Source: Bugula neritina
Lineage: Eukaryota > Animalia > Bryozoa
Length of the DNA stretch: 64,000 bases
Assembly (NCBI GenBank): GCA_964035545.1
Contig: OZ037765.1
Location: 16,554,995-16,618,994 of the forward strand
Direction of reading: 5' to 3'
The notes under the pieces were generated by a model. The model saw only the letters and a program-made list of their open reading frames with translations, was not told where the DNA came from and ran no database searches. Shown here in pieces: positions 35,301-48,244 of the stretch (its first letter is position 1; each line of letters begins with the position of its first letter). Both the position numbers and the translations under genes were made by a program.

Positions 35301-38300
35301 GTTATTTGAGAAGAAGGAGAAGGTATGGCCAGACTTTCAGCAACATGAGTGTCATTCAACAGCTGAGATGCAAGAAAAACATAATTCAACCAAAATGCAC
35401 CTAAATATGTGAACCAATATAAATTTTGTAGAATTCAGTGGCTGTAAGACAGAGAAACTTAAAGATAAAGAATATTGACCAAAAAACCTCGAAGTATGCC
35501 TAGAGAGTCTTCACCTCATTTGATCTTAAGTTTTATAAAATTTAGAAACTATAAATATTTAGCAGAGTTGTAGAACCAGCATTAGAAACTACTTTTACAA
35601 GAAATAACAAACACAGTACCGCATACAACTCACTTTAACCTTGAAGATGAGCTCCAAATACAAAGTGATCAGTATCATACACACAAATATCTCATGGGTA
35701 TTGATTGCAGTATTGATTATAATATTACCATTGTGGCATCCATTTTGGGGATTGATGGATCAACGACTGTGACATAATGGAGCTTTAGAATAATGGCTAT
35801 TGACTAGTAGCATTTTGAGACAATGAAGAAAAGAAGAAAATTAAAATAGGAAATAAAAGAAATATTTCAAGTAATACTAATCAAAACTTAGTTCACTATT
35901 TAATTTGTAAAGATTTTCAAAATTATCTTAAATCACGTAACTTTATTTAGAAACAATAACAAAACACTATTCATGCCCCACTATCTTTGAAACACGTGGT
36001 AATATAATATATTAGTAAATAATAATTATCCAATGCGTCAGATATTATTAGGTGGCAAACCCTGCAATAGTTATATATGTACTGAATGAAAAAACGAACA
36101 ACCATAATAAAATAACTTAGCACTGTTTACCAACCTGTCCCTCTTCATCAATTTCCAGCAATCCTTCATCATCTACAAAATAATGGTTTATTAGTTCTTG
36201 TTACACATCAAAATAAAAAATTATCAAATTTCTACATAAATTATTAAATTTTGATTCCACCTACCTTGTTCTGTAAGTTCAAAGTCCACACCATCCTGTC
36301 AAAACAATCAAAATTGCAACTAGAGTGACATGAAATAAGTAACATGTTTAAATTTGTGCATAAACAAGATATGAAGAAGTGATGCAGCTGTATGCACTAA
36401 GTAGGCTATACCAACAGCTGGCAGCTCAACCACAGGTGATGCTAAAGACAGGTAATTTAAATAGAAAAATTTTCTTGTAAATGGGAATTAGTTATGCAGC
36501 ACTTCTACAGTTTTTCACCCACCTGTGAATTTTTAATGGTATCAGCAAAATACTAGCCTTATGTGTAAGTGATGAGATAGTAGTAAGTGACTTGGACAGT
36601 GTGAGACATATTTTGTTATTTAAATAAATGTATGATAGAATAGAATGTTTGATGCATAACTAAGGAAAAAGTGGGTTAAAGTAAATTTAATTTAGTTATT
36701 GCAGTGACAGTGAACCAAGTAAACTTATGGAGAAAATACTTCTGGGTATTGGAAGTGCTGACAACTCCAACATTACCCTTCATTCTATAAACCAAATTTT
36801 TTATATTTTCTGAAATTAGTATCTAAGTGAGCTAAATTTTTCAACTATATATTTAATTGGCACAAATAAAACTTGTTTGACAATTTAGTCATGCTGTAAA
36901 CCATTATAATTTATAATTGAAGAAATGTAAATTTTTACACACCGAGTAATGCAACCCATCAGCAATTAATTCAGATTTATCTACAGGGATGCTGGCAACA
37001 TCTGGTGAAATAGGAACAGGTGAATCTAACAGCTTATCACTACTTTTTGCTTGAGAAAAATGAAGAGTTTGATTAGATGATGGTGATAGGCTTTTATGAG
37101 AAGGGATTGGTGATTGGAGAGACTCGGACATTTTCTCTAACGGCAAAACCATTTCATAGTTTAAAGTTTGCTTAAGAGCTTTAGTTTTATGAAATTCGGG
37201 TTCACTACTTTTAGAAGTATCTTGATCTGTAAAAAAGAGTGCTGAAACATCTTTTTCCACTTCGTGGCTACTCAACTTTGGAGGTGTAGTTAATGTAGCT
37301 GTCTTTGCAGCTGCTTTAAACTTCCTTCTTCTAGCTGGTGGTAAATCAAATAGAATATTTACCACTTTAGTTGAAACTTGCTCTTTTATAGATGACCTTT
37401 GAACTTCATGAATTTTTTTTAAATTAATGTTACTACAATAAGATGCAGAGCAAAGGCCCCGTTCCCCAGAACTGTGATAACTCTCGTGACTTTCTAGCAA
37501 CATCGTTTGAGCAGCATCAGCGTCAAGGTTGTCTGCTACTGAATTTTCCCACGAATCATTCTCAAATGAGAATAACCGGATGTTAGAACTATTTGGTGAA
37601 TTTGGTAAAGGCTGTTGCTGGTCCGAGTTGGGGTATTCATTAGGAAAGTCAGTAACTGAAAAGTCTAGACTTTCTGCTTTATGCATGATGCTTTTTATTG
37701 ATGGCTTTAAGTCTTCTAAATGATTCAAAACAAAAAATGCATTTTTTGGTAATGGTTTGCTGTGTTTATTGGGTAGATATGGTAAATGCAACACCTCCTG
37801 GTGACTGGGTGAAGTAGTCTCAGCGCTATGAGCAGCAGTAGAAATAGGAGAAATGCTTCTCCCTTGGTTAGCTTGAGAAAGCACTGTGTCTGTATCTTTA
37901 CCTTTGTTGTGTAACAGTTTGAACTCCGGAGGAACATTTTGAATCAGCTCTCTCTTCAATCTGTTATAAGACTTCATAGTCTCATGCCGTGCTCTGTCTA
38001 GCTCATATTTCTATACAGTAATTAACAAAACTTTGATATGTAATTTCCAGTGTGAAAAGTATTGAGTGCTGCCAAAAATACAAACTAATTATTGTATATT
38101 TACAATCAATTTAGCATATTTTGACAAAACAAATTACACACTTTTTGGAATCTCAGCCGATCTAAAATCTCTTTGTTGTCTGCCAGACTGTACCTGCGTG
38201 GTTTTGGTACAGTGTACAGACGGTGCACACGCTTTTTAGTAGCACTCTCCTTAAGAGTTTTAGTATTAAACAATGGATTTGATTTGTGCTCAAAATCATC

Positions 38301-41300
38301 TTTCAGTGAATGATGCCCGTTGCTGAGAAAGGTGCTCTGCTGATGAAAGAAGAAGAATTGTTATATGAGAATAGAAAATATCATTTCAGAACGAAACCTG
38401 AAATAAAAATTATAGTTTTACTGAACCTAATTTAAACAGCATGCAAATGACTGGATAAACAGAAACATCCATGTCATATTCCCAGAATTATAACCATGTT
38501 AAAAGTTTTCATCATTCCTTTCATAAGTAAAAAAATTGAAGACAACTCCCCAAAAGAACGGGTAGTAGTCATACTGAAATTCATATCATCAAGGAAACTG
38601 ATGAGAGAACACAATTCTCATTGATAAAAGAGTTGTATATTATTTGTCTGTAAATAATTATAAAACAATAACTATTTTGATCAAAAGCAAAAGCTTTTTA
38701 ATAAAAACAATAAAAGTACATTAGGTAGAAAAAAGCTTTGTGGTGCATGGCCAGCTGTTGTTACTACATAAATATTACAAAATCATACAATGAATTAAAA
38801 CTGAATATGCCTTAAATTTGATATCTGTGGGCAAATACTATTATGAACCAGCTGAAATACTAATAAATCTATTTGTTAGAACATTACTAAAATATAGCAG
38901 TTATTTGTAATTAGACATAATATCATGGAGTATCAATAAAAATAATATTTGTTGTATTTCAATTATGACAGTATCATACACTAATAAGAGTGGCACATGA
39001 TGTATTCTTAGTAATATTAATAATGGCGGTTTAATACGACATCGTACATGAGTTTACTGACTCACTTTCTCTCTATCAAACTGAGGACATTATGTAAAAG
39101 GTGAGATACAACAGGACTGAATTCTATGACAACAAAATATAGCTAATTTTTATATGAAAAACAGTATTTGACAATATTGAAGTAAAATTAATTTAAAGAT
39201 ATGAATATTATTTGGTGTAGAATTTTACACATAATAATTACTCTAGCTCCAAACCTTAAATTTAAAGGTACATCTAACACTTTATGTGTACAAATAGGTT
39301 CAATAATATTTTTGTACCCATACTTGCCTGTTATAATAATGTTGTACACTACATACCAAACAAAATACAATAAAAACTTGCACAATGTGAAAATTAATGT
39401 AGAATAAGCATACCTTGCCAAAGCTTTGAAATATATCAAGGAATTCCAGTTCTTTGGGATCAAACAATTTATCTCCGGTAACCTTATCGTAAATAGAACA
39501 TGGCGAGACAAAGTTGCAGAAGTGAGGCGTGTCTCCGCGAACTAACTACAAGAATAAATTATATGAAAACTGTTCAACTCCACAAGGCACGCTCACTCAG
39601 AACTATAAATTGATTGATTGAAAGATACGATTGTCTGAAAAAATGAGTAGTCGAGTTAGCTACACCATTCTGGAAAATCTTATAATTCTGCAGAGCAATA
39701 GTTGCAGATGGTGAAAGGAATAAACAAAATATGATATTGCGTAAACAAGCCTTATAGTAAGGAATACTATCCATACTAAGCATAGCTAACATTTTTTAGG
39801 AATTGAATTAAAATATAAATTTTTTATTTTTAAACAGTTTAATCGTAGTTTACAGAATTTAGTTGAGAGCAAACCATTATAAAGTATAACAAATTGCCTA
39901 CATTTGGCTATGCATTTAGATTTTAGTACATAATTTTTACATTATGAATTCAAATGGATTCAAACTAGACTTGTACTAAATCATTCTATACAGTTTAATA
40001 TATATCACTACACAACAGGAATTTGATGGTTTGAAACTGTTAAATGAAGCTGAATGTTCTGAATTCAGATAAAAGTGAAATGCTTTTAGAAGCTGTTTTA
40101 TTATGCTGTGTTGGTGCAAACAAGTAACCGATTGCAAAGTAATGGAATAGTTTACTATCAAAGCAGCAGCCTAAACCGCCTGTTGACAATAGCCAGTGTC
40201 AGTTACTGAAAACATACACAGTGCATAATTAAGTCAACACTCTATTATAACATAATCCAATGCAAATCAATATACTTTTGAATTTGACACATAGTTCTAC
40301 ATCAAATTATTTCATTTTATCCAATTACGGCTTTTTATAAATTAATTAATGCCTAGTTACTCAACTCTTAGCAAACTTATAAAGTTACAGCTTTCAATAA
40401 AAATAAATAAAACCAACAGCCTTTTATAAAAAATACTTGTAACTAATTGCTTTTGAATTTAAAGAATACGTTAAAAACGAAACATTGGTAGCGCTTCTAT
40501 TTTTAATTTTAAATTTTTTTATACTTGTGAGGCCCTCTCTTGGAGTCCAAAAAATTGAAGAAATTTACAAGTTTTCATGCAATCATATTCTTAAAACTCT
40601 ACCCAATAATTATCTGTTATTCCTAGTTTACTATTTGAATACTTTTCAAATTACAGAACTTGTAAACCACAGTTATTATATTATACATAATAACTTACAT
40701 AGTTGGAAGGTAGTGCACCTCTATCACCTCTCTGTAAAGGAAAACACAAATAGAGATTATATGACGGGGAAACAACTTTCTTACTCTACCATTTTTGTTG
40801 CAAAGCATCGCCATACTAAATTCACCATCTAGTAAACTGCGTACTTGAAAACAGGCATTCCAGGGACAGTATATAGGTGGTGAACATTATATTTATCAGA
40901 TATATAGCCATGGTCTATATTATTATCCGTAATCTAATATTTATTGTATATTATAATGCTGAAAACTAAACTAGTACTGAACATACACTTGGGAACAAAG
41001 TACGTAACAATATAATATAACGTTTGCCATATTCAGGTAGAAATGCTCAACACTGTTTTAAATCAAAGGAAATTATTTATAATCAGTAGACATAAACAAT
41101 TTGATACTATCATTCATAACTGTATACTTAGCAGCCATAGATACAGCAGAATGTTGCAAAGAAACAAATGTGAACAATTTGAATGCAGTAGTGATTTGCT
41201 AGATAAAGAGCCTTAGTCCAAAGATTGTGAGGGAACTGGTGAACTCAAACTTAATGCAAATTATCTAGAATCTATTAAAATTACTATTTACAGAACCTTA

Positions 41301-42717
41301 AACAAGACCCAAGTCACCTCACATGAATATTGCCTTCTTAAGTTCTAAACCTAAAATTCCAGAGCCTGGTTCAACTGATAAATTTATATGATAGTACTAC
41401 ATCCAGTGACTTGCTCCAAGAAGCTAAAATGAATCGTAGTCTCTTGCCAGCAAGACACTAGAGACCTTGCTACAGTGAAATTCTATTGAGTGACTGGACT
41501 CAATATATGCACACATCAAACCTCAAGATGCAACACTGCCTGGCAAGTATACACTATCATAATGAATATACTGTAGCAATGTTCTTGTTCATCTACGACC
41601 AGATTTTCAGGAGCAACAAACCAGAATATTTAGCACATAAAAAGTGAAAAATCAAACAAAGCAATCACATCATATATTATAAGAAAACCTTATACTTTCA
41701 GGTAAAAAAGATTTACAATAAGAAAATACAACTAAAAACATATGGAAAGGCGAATTAAAAAAAATCTTAAGCGTTAGTGGGATTAACTTGAGAAATTATT
41801 TCAATAGATAGACAAGTGGTAACTTCCTGAAACTGCTTACACTGGAACCACAATGAAATATAAGTCCACTCTGTCAAATACACAGAAGGTTCAATATAGA
41901 GATTCAAGCAATGATGTGATCAAGTGGAACTTACAGGAATTAATCAACAGGAATGACTTACTGTTCGGCCAGCAGGGGCAGACAATGGCCTTCGCCGACC
42001 TGTGCTAGAGTCATAACTTAGAATCTTCTCCGGATATAAAAAGGTTTTGTTGCTACGATTATTAGCAGTCATTGCAGAACCGGTTGGTGCATATTTATAT
42101 CGTATTTTAGAGGTTATCTCCCCACAACATTTACACTGTTCTAAAGACTGTCGGCCAAAGCTGCAAGCGGTTTGCGGTCTACTGAGATGAAGCCTAGAGT
42201 TGCAATGAGTGTTATTAAAGCACTGATTGTGTCTGTCAAAATACCGCAGATCTGGGTGGTGAGGCAAGTCATAGTAGTGATATTCCAACTCAACAGGTGG
42301 TTTACAGCTAGCTGAACGGCTAGTAGTTGGTTTATATGACCAATTTCCAACTCTTAGAGACCTATTAACAGGCACTTGGGCATTACAATGTTTATTTTTA
42401 TGTTGTGGTGTGTAGTATCCTCTGTTCTTAAAGTTGCGTCCATTTAAATTCACCCTCTCTCGGCTTTTACCATGCCAACTGTAAGCTGATTTCACTTTTG
42501 AATTCTGCAATACACATTCCATACTTGTAGCTTGGGTGGGTTTGACAGAGCTGGCAATGCTACTTTTACAATTGGATAGATTGAGTTTGTATGAGGGGTT
42601 GTCACAACCTTTGTCACTAAACGTAGGATTGGTATCACAGGGAGAGTTGGTCCTAAGTGAATTGTCACATTTTTCATATCCATCTGCTAACCATAGCAAT
42701 CCAGTATGCAGAGCCAT
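29355..42717 (-). CDS. Uncharacterised ~1230-aa protein, mostly disordered, with a helical, degenerate EF-hand-like C-terminal domain
   Basis: 17 phase-consistent exons (minus strand): 42717-41962, 39545-39414, 38339-38142, 38010-36943, 36295-36265, 36172-36135, 35782-35729, 35362-35235, 35064-35034, 34756-34613, 34088-33957, 33860-33754, 33425-33149, 32529-32437, 30781-30560, 29977-29814, 29484-29355 (TAG). C-terminus: FELPIDMLLLETMTPLQYLNRYC...LYDKIFNKHKNIYSGKLDFQDLQKAL...FYGISAFTERL...IECADFYALKWKFHG. Confidence 0.75.
30293..30507. mobile_element. Tc1/mariner-pogo (Tigger-like) MITE
   Basis: TA|CAGTGCTTCCTCTATATCTCA ... TGAGATACGAAGTGAGCACTG|TA: imperfect ~21-bp TIRs with TA on both sides. 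Confidence 0.7.
30939..31300. repeat. 20-bp minisatellite (TGTACTACACTACATACAGG), ~18 copies, intronic
   Basis: Near-perfect tandem units with no unique spacers. Confidence 0.98.
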
Positions 42718-43289
42718 TGAATTTCAAGGCTTCTTACTTTTACCAGTCTCAAGCAGCCATATATCATTTAATTTGATCTAAAAAAGTTGGCACGATAATT
42801 TTTCACAGTCATGCCATTTAAATTCACAAGAAATCACATAACAAAAACTTTTCATAGTGCACGAAATGTAGACACACAGCAATAGCTATATGTATGTATG
42901 TATTTTCCACTGCTATAATTATACGATATGTACTTGTAGGTGTAACCCTAAGGCCCAAACTGAAGTAACTATAATTGTAAGTATTAGTCAAACAATTAAT
43001 TGCATTACCGTTACCATTAAATGATATTTATTTTTAACTTTATATCACAAAATTAATGATAATAGTGACATTCCAGTTAAGTTTTTTATAATATTTATAT
43101 TCAACTTAATAGTAATCATAAAGGTAATCAATGTCATAGTCATTTTTATTTCGAAAAGATTATTATTAACCACAATAGTCAAACTCAATACCACTAAAAG
43201 CATTAAAAAGTGCTTTAGACCGACGAGCATACTGGTAGTGATAATCATATTGATACTGTACGAGTGTAACACAAAATCTAATAGCATAA

Positions 43290-43500
43290 GTATAACACTA
43301 ACAGTGAGTAACACCTACACTAACAGTAAAAGTAAGACTAAGTGTAACACTCAGTCTTACGCTGTCACTAACTTTAGCAATAAGTAATTGTAAAACACGA
43401 ACAGTAACAGTACAAGACTAAATCAAAATGTAACACTAACACAACACTCAACACTGTCAGTGTCACTAACAGTAACACTAACAGTGTAACACTAACAGTA
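43290..43500. repeat. Low-complexity TAACAC/TAACAG hexamer-like tract
   Basis: Directly visible degenerate repeats. Confidence 0.7.
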
Positions 43501-44271
43501 GTGCCAATGGCAATTGTAAACTTGTGTGTTAGCACTTTTAATGGTCGAAGTCTATTAGACTACTACTATAATCAACTCCACAAGCAAAGATTAAATAATG
43601 CCATACCTTCAGTTCAATTTAAATAAGCATTACTATAATATATCAATATGTAAAGTTGTAACGAAGTGAGAGTTAAGTTGGTTATTGTGAATCTCGCAGT
43701 GGCAATAATCGTAATTGTTAACACGTGGTTTTACATGTTGCGACGGCGTATTGGGCAAGTTTAGTCCAATCAATCACCAGACATTCGGGCCAACAATAGA
43801 CATTCTTTCAACAGTGCTGGTTTTCACTGGGTAAAACAGAGTATTTCATGACGCATTTTGAAGACAGCTCCATTAATTTATGTTAATTTTATAATATTTA
43901 TAAATTATATGTAATTGAGGCCTACATTGTTGTCAGTAACTTTAGTAATATAAATATGAGTTGCTAGATTAAAGGGCTGCAAAAGTTTGAGAGCTTTGGT
44001 ATTCAAGAAGTGATAAATCCAATTTTGAAAGTTATCTTGTAAGCTCTAAAGGTTATAAGCCATAGGGCATAGTGTATAAAACGAGAATGATCATCTCAAG
44101 CAACAGCAGCTTTGCATGTAAAATGTGCCGAAATGCATAGCTACGAATACCTCATAAATACATATAATGCCAAGTTGAAAGGTTGTAACTTGTAATAGTT
44201 TAAGAAAAATAGTGATGAACCCAAAATGCCATATTTGTCACTTAATCGAAAACAATTTTAAGGCTTTAGAT

Positions 44272-44587
44272 CAGAGGTCTTCAACCTTTTTAGAGCGAGA
44301 GCCACTGAATTGGAATATGCTGTGGTGAGGGCCACTATGTAAAATTTAGCTTGGGCTGGTGACCACAGCATTAATAATTTTCAAAATTACTTACTTTATT
44401 CCAAATTCCTAGGAAGTCCCAATAATTACTGCAGGCTGCATGTTATTTTAACATAATATATAAAAATAAGACTTTTAAGAGGTGGTTTTTCTACTCCAAT
44501 TCATATATGTTTGAAAACTAATTTTGTTTGTTACGCCTTTGAGGGCACCATAAATGTAGACTGGGGGCCGTCTGTTGGACAGCCTTG
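44272..44587. mobile_element. Old non-autonomous hAT (Buster/Charlie-type) MITE
   Basis: Degenerate TIRs CAGAGGTCTTCAACC and GTTGGACAGCCTTG. The flanks CTTTAGAT and TTTTACAA both fit NNNTANNN. GGGCC/GAGCC subterminal motifs are present. Confidence 0.55.
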
Positions 44588-45157
44588 TTTTACAACTTCA
44601 ATTTTAAATGATGATAGTAATTCGCAATTTATAAATTCAGAATCAGTGTAGAATTTTGGTAAAGAAACAACCAATTTTGATATCTCACCAAATAATTTTG
44701 CTGATATGGTAGCTAGTTAATATTGGATACTATTTAGCGCAATGTGCCGAATTACACATCCAAGATGTCTATTTGTTTTTCGCTTGGTAACTTGAGTTTG
44801 GGTAAAGGTAGAAAGAATTCTAGAGTTTGTGGATACAGAACCATTATAAAATTTTGATCTAGGAACAATTTTTTTTCAGTGGCCCACTAAAAGTGTAAAT
44901 ATGTCATTTTTCAGGCATTATTTGTGAGGTTACTCTAGAATCACTCTAGGGCCTAGGCTATATAGTGTGGAGTGAAAGTTGAGAGGTACTTTGCATAGGA
45001 TAGAATAGTTATCAAGGCCAGTTCTGCCTGCTATAGGTCATGTTGATAGTCCTTCATCATACAGGACATACCGATTGAGTGGTTTCTAACTACCCTTTGC
45101 AGCTACAAAATATAGAGATCTATTCCGATTCTCTGCACCACCCGACTCTAGCTATTG

Positions 45158-45483
45158 TGTGGGCAACTTCTTTTGCACAAGGGCCAAATTCAGAAGTTAG
45201 CCAAAACAAAGAGCCACATTACTGTACACATTAAATTTTATTATAATAAATTAATTTGTCACCAAACCTACACTGTGTTAATCAGAATGCATATAACAGT
45301 TATTATCTCAAGCATTAAAAGGGCCACTGAAAAATAGGCTAAGGGTTACAGGTGGCCCACCTCTACACTATATTTTATTCATTTAAGTTTACACAAGAGA
45401 AAGCAGGGCCCATCAGCCAAGATTTACTATGCAACTGAAATAGCCTCATTTTTTGCTCATAACCTGCACTGAATTTGCCCACA
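45158..45483. mobile_element. Possible old hAT-type MITE
   Basis: 13-bp inverted repeat TGTGGGCAACTTC / GAATTTGCCCACA (1 mismatch) with several internal GGGCC motifs; no clear TSD. Confidence 0.4.
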
Positions 45484-45868
45484 GTTATTATTAGCCATCA
45501 TGTCTACCTTGAATGTGATTCTAGGCCAAGTTAAAATATGCTGTTGGCTTGGGACTCGATTTAGGCATTACTCTGCAAGAAATTTGTTGATAGCACTATC
45601 CTAGCATGATTGATAAATATTAAATAAGTATTATATGAGTAACTGATCCCTCACCTCAAATGTGATAGATCTATAAGCCACTCACTAATAAAATAGAATC
45701 CTCAAACAGGAGATTGTATTACAACCACGGGAAATGATTTAAATTGAATGAAAGTTGTATTAAACCGGAGCAAATGACTGAAAAAATACAAAAATACTAT
45801 ATTATATAAAATAGGTAAAATATAAAATAAACTATCAAATTTAGTTTACAGACTCCAGCCAATAATGA

Positions 45869-48244
45869 TCAAGTATCATCCAGTGTAGAACCAGAAGAGA
45901 ATTTTGAGTCATTAAGGCGAGAGTCAAAAAGTTGTGAATCACCAAGAGTGAAATTTAGATTTTGATTAGTTCGAAGCTTTTGGCGCACAGACAGAGCTTC
46001 ACTGAGAAAATCTCGGGCATAGTTAATTTCCATTAGAGTCAAGTTGTTGACTTTAGCCACCATAGATTCACTAGACATAAACTGGTCCACACTTTTACGA
46101 AGTTTTGCTATACGCAAATCCCAGATATCTTTGATCAGAGTTCTAATTTCATCTGCTTGAGGGACATCATCTACAGCACTGAAGAACAGTAATCATATAC
46201 CAGGTGCAAATAAAATCGAAATACTTTTTTTAAAAAAACTTTTGCAAGTTGAAAGTGTCTAATTTCAATTGATTCAATTATAATTTCAAGCTAGAGCATT
46301 TTCTGGGCCAGCTGATTTTCTTTAGCAGGGTGCACCTTTAGAAGACGATACTAGACACATATATGCCAACATAAAAAACTTGTAGAAACTAATCCTAATG
46401 TCTTGGGGCTTAGAAATATATCCCAAACTTGACAGACTGAACAAACACCCATGTAGTGCAACTAGTACAGTACAAAGCTGCCAAAATATAACGGATACAA
46501 ATTACCAAATAACTAATAACTATGCCAGCTAAGAAAATGAATTTATACAAAACTTAGAAAAAAATCAAAGCTTTTGGACTGCAACCAACCAGCAGGTAGC
46601 ATGTTTTTATTGTTAATACGTTGACCCAACACAATTTTGATATGCAGGTAGTATATTATATCAAATTTATGATGAAATAAAAAAATTTCCAAAGCTGGCA
46701 CTACAAATCAAAACAAGGGGTAAAAACCAGAATGACACTTTTAAGTCACGAGGTTGGCAAAACATACTATTTCAACATGTGCTAGTATAAATAAAACTTT
46801 TCTATTGATGACAAACGTACAATTTAAGTAGGAGTCTGGAAACTTCCATATAGTGACTATGAGGTGGACTACTGAAAAACAAGGACTCAGCTTCAGACGT
46901 CTTCTTTGCCTGGAGGGAACCTGTAAAGTCAACTGCACAGGTGACTCTCATCTACACACAAAACAATAAAAAGGGATACTCACTGACTATAATATAGTAC
47001 AAGGCTTTTGGTTATACCAATACTGGAGATGTTATTGCTGTTCAATTGCGAAAAAATGGATATATTAGTTGAAAAAAATGCTATAACATAAATATCTTTT
47101 CATGAAACCATGCAGTGACGACCTAGTAACAAGGTGCAACAATTTTGTTCAACAGTAATTAATATACTCATATATTCACACAAAACAAGGATTAGACTAA
47201 TTATTAGGCTAATTATTGGCCAACAGATTTTAGGATGCATAATTGTTCAACACCAACTCCTTTATAAAGCCATTTTCATGTGGTAGGCAACTCCCAATCA
47301 ATAATGAAGGTTATTGGTGATGCAAAATCGAACATGGTATCAATTTGTGCATGAGATATTTGTAACCATTCACAGACGGATACCAGCTCAGTTTTGTTTC
47401 ATTCAAGCCGTTCTAATCACTGTTTTCATTATTATCTGTAGAACATAATAACATTTTTATTTTATTGATGATTTAAGATTACCTTGATTTACCTGGTGCT
47501 AACTCACTGTAAAGGCTAGCAACAGATGAATCAAGCCAACCTAGTCAGCTCATGAGGGAAACTGTTGATGTGCGTAGGTCAGACAGCTTGCATTCAGCTG
47601 GTATTATTGTCCTGTGTTGCCAGAGCCGTCATCACCTGATAGCCATTTGTGCTTGTCACTGGCCAGCAGGCACAGAGAGCAATCAGGTGACAAAGACACT
47701 ACATGGGTCAATCAGGAGGAATTTTAAGTGTTGCAAATAATAGGAAATTGGTGACTATTGAGACTACTAAAAAAAGTTCTATAAATTATCATAATAACAT
47801 GCTTGTAATAATTTATTTTGGTAGTAAAAAAACCCAACTTGTCCGAAAATACTGGAGGTCAATACTCACCCACAGACAACCAGTCAGGTAAAACTATTTC
47901 GCATTTTAAACGTTGTCTTAGATTTATTGCTAGCCAAAGGGGTACTTCTGTAGGAAGACCCGAAACAAAAGGTCCAACATTTCCCTGAAAATGAAATATT
48001 GTGTCAAATGATGAAGGCCAGTCATTGAAACACCTGGCTACAACTATTGTTAAATATATTTGACATTCAAATTATACAAATATACTTTTTCAATTTTGAA
48101 ACAGGAATATCTTATCAAATGAGTATTCCCTGCACTTACAGAAATTAAATAAATTATGTGATTTTGCGTGAACTTTGGAGTAATAGAAACCAATTGTTTT
48201 TCTGCAAGGAATTCAATCTCTGCTGGGCTTAATCGATTCACCAT
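45869..48244 (-). CDS. GINS2: DNA replication complex GINS subunit 2 (Psf2), ~209 aa
   Basis: Exons 48244-48140, 47984-47870, 46920-46821 and 46178-45869 encode PAEIEFLAEKQLVSITPKF...IYLIS|GNVGPFVSGLPTEVPLWLAINLRQRLKC...PDW|...HYMEVSRLLL|...DDVPQADEIRTLIKDIWDLRIAKLR...NNLTLMEIN, the hallmark Psf2 motifs. Confidence 0.96.

Noticed and set aside
38598-38635. CTGATGA followed by a small stem (possible hammerhead)
   Set aside because: No GAAA after the stem and no stems I or III.
42943-42951. TAACCCTAA (telomerase-template-like)
   Set aside because: An isolated 9-mer in AT-rich DNA with no visible pseudoknot or H/ACA context.
47380-47412. Candidate GINS2 exon reading ERLE-TGA (possible selenocysteine or readthrough)
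   Set aside because: The true exon 3 (46920-46821) supplies the homologous segment in frame, and no SECIS is evident.
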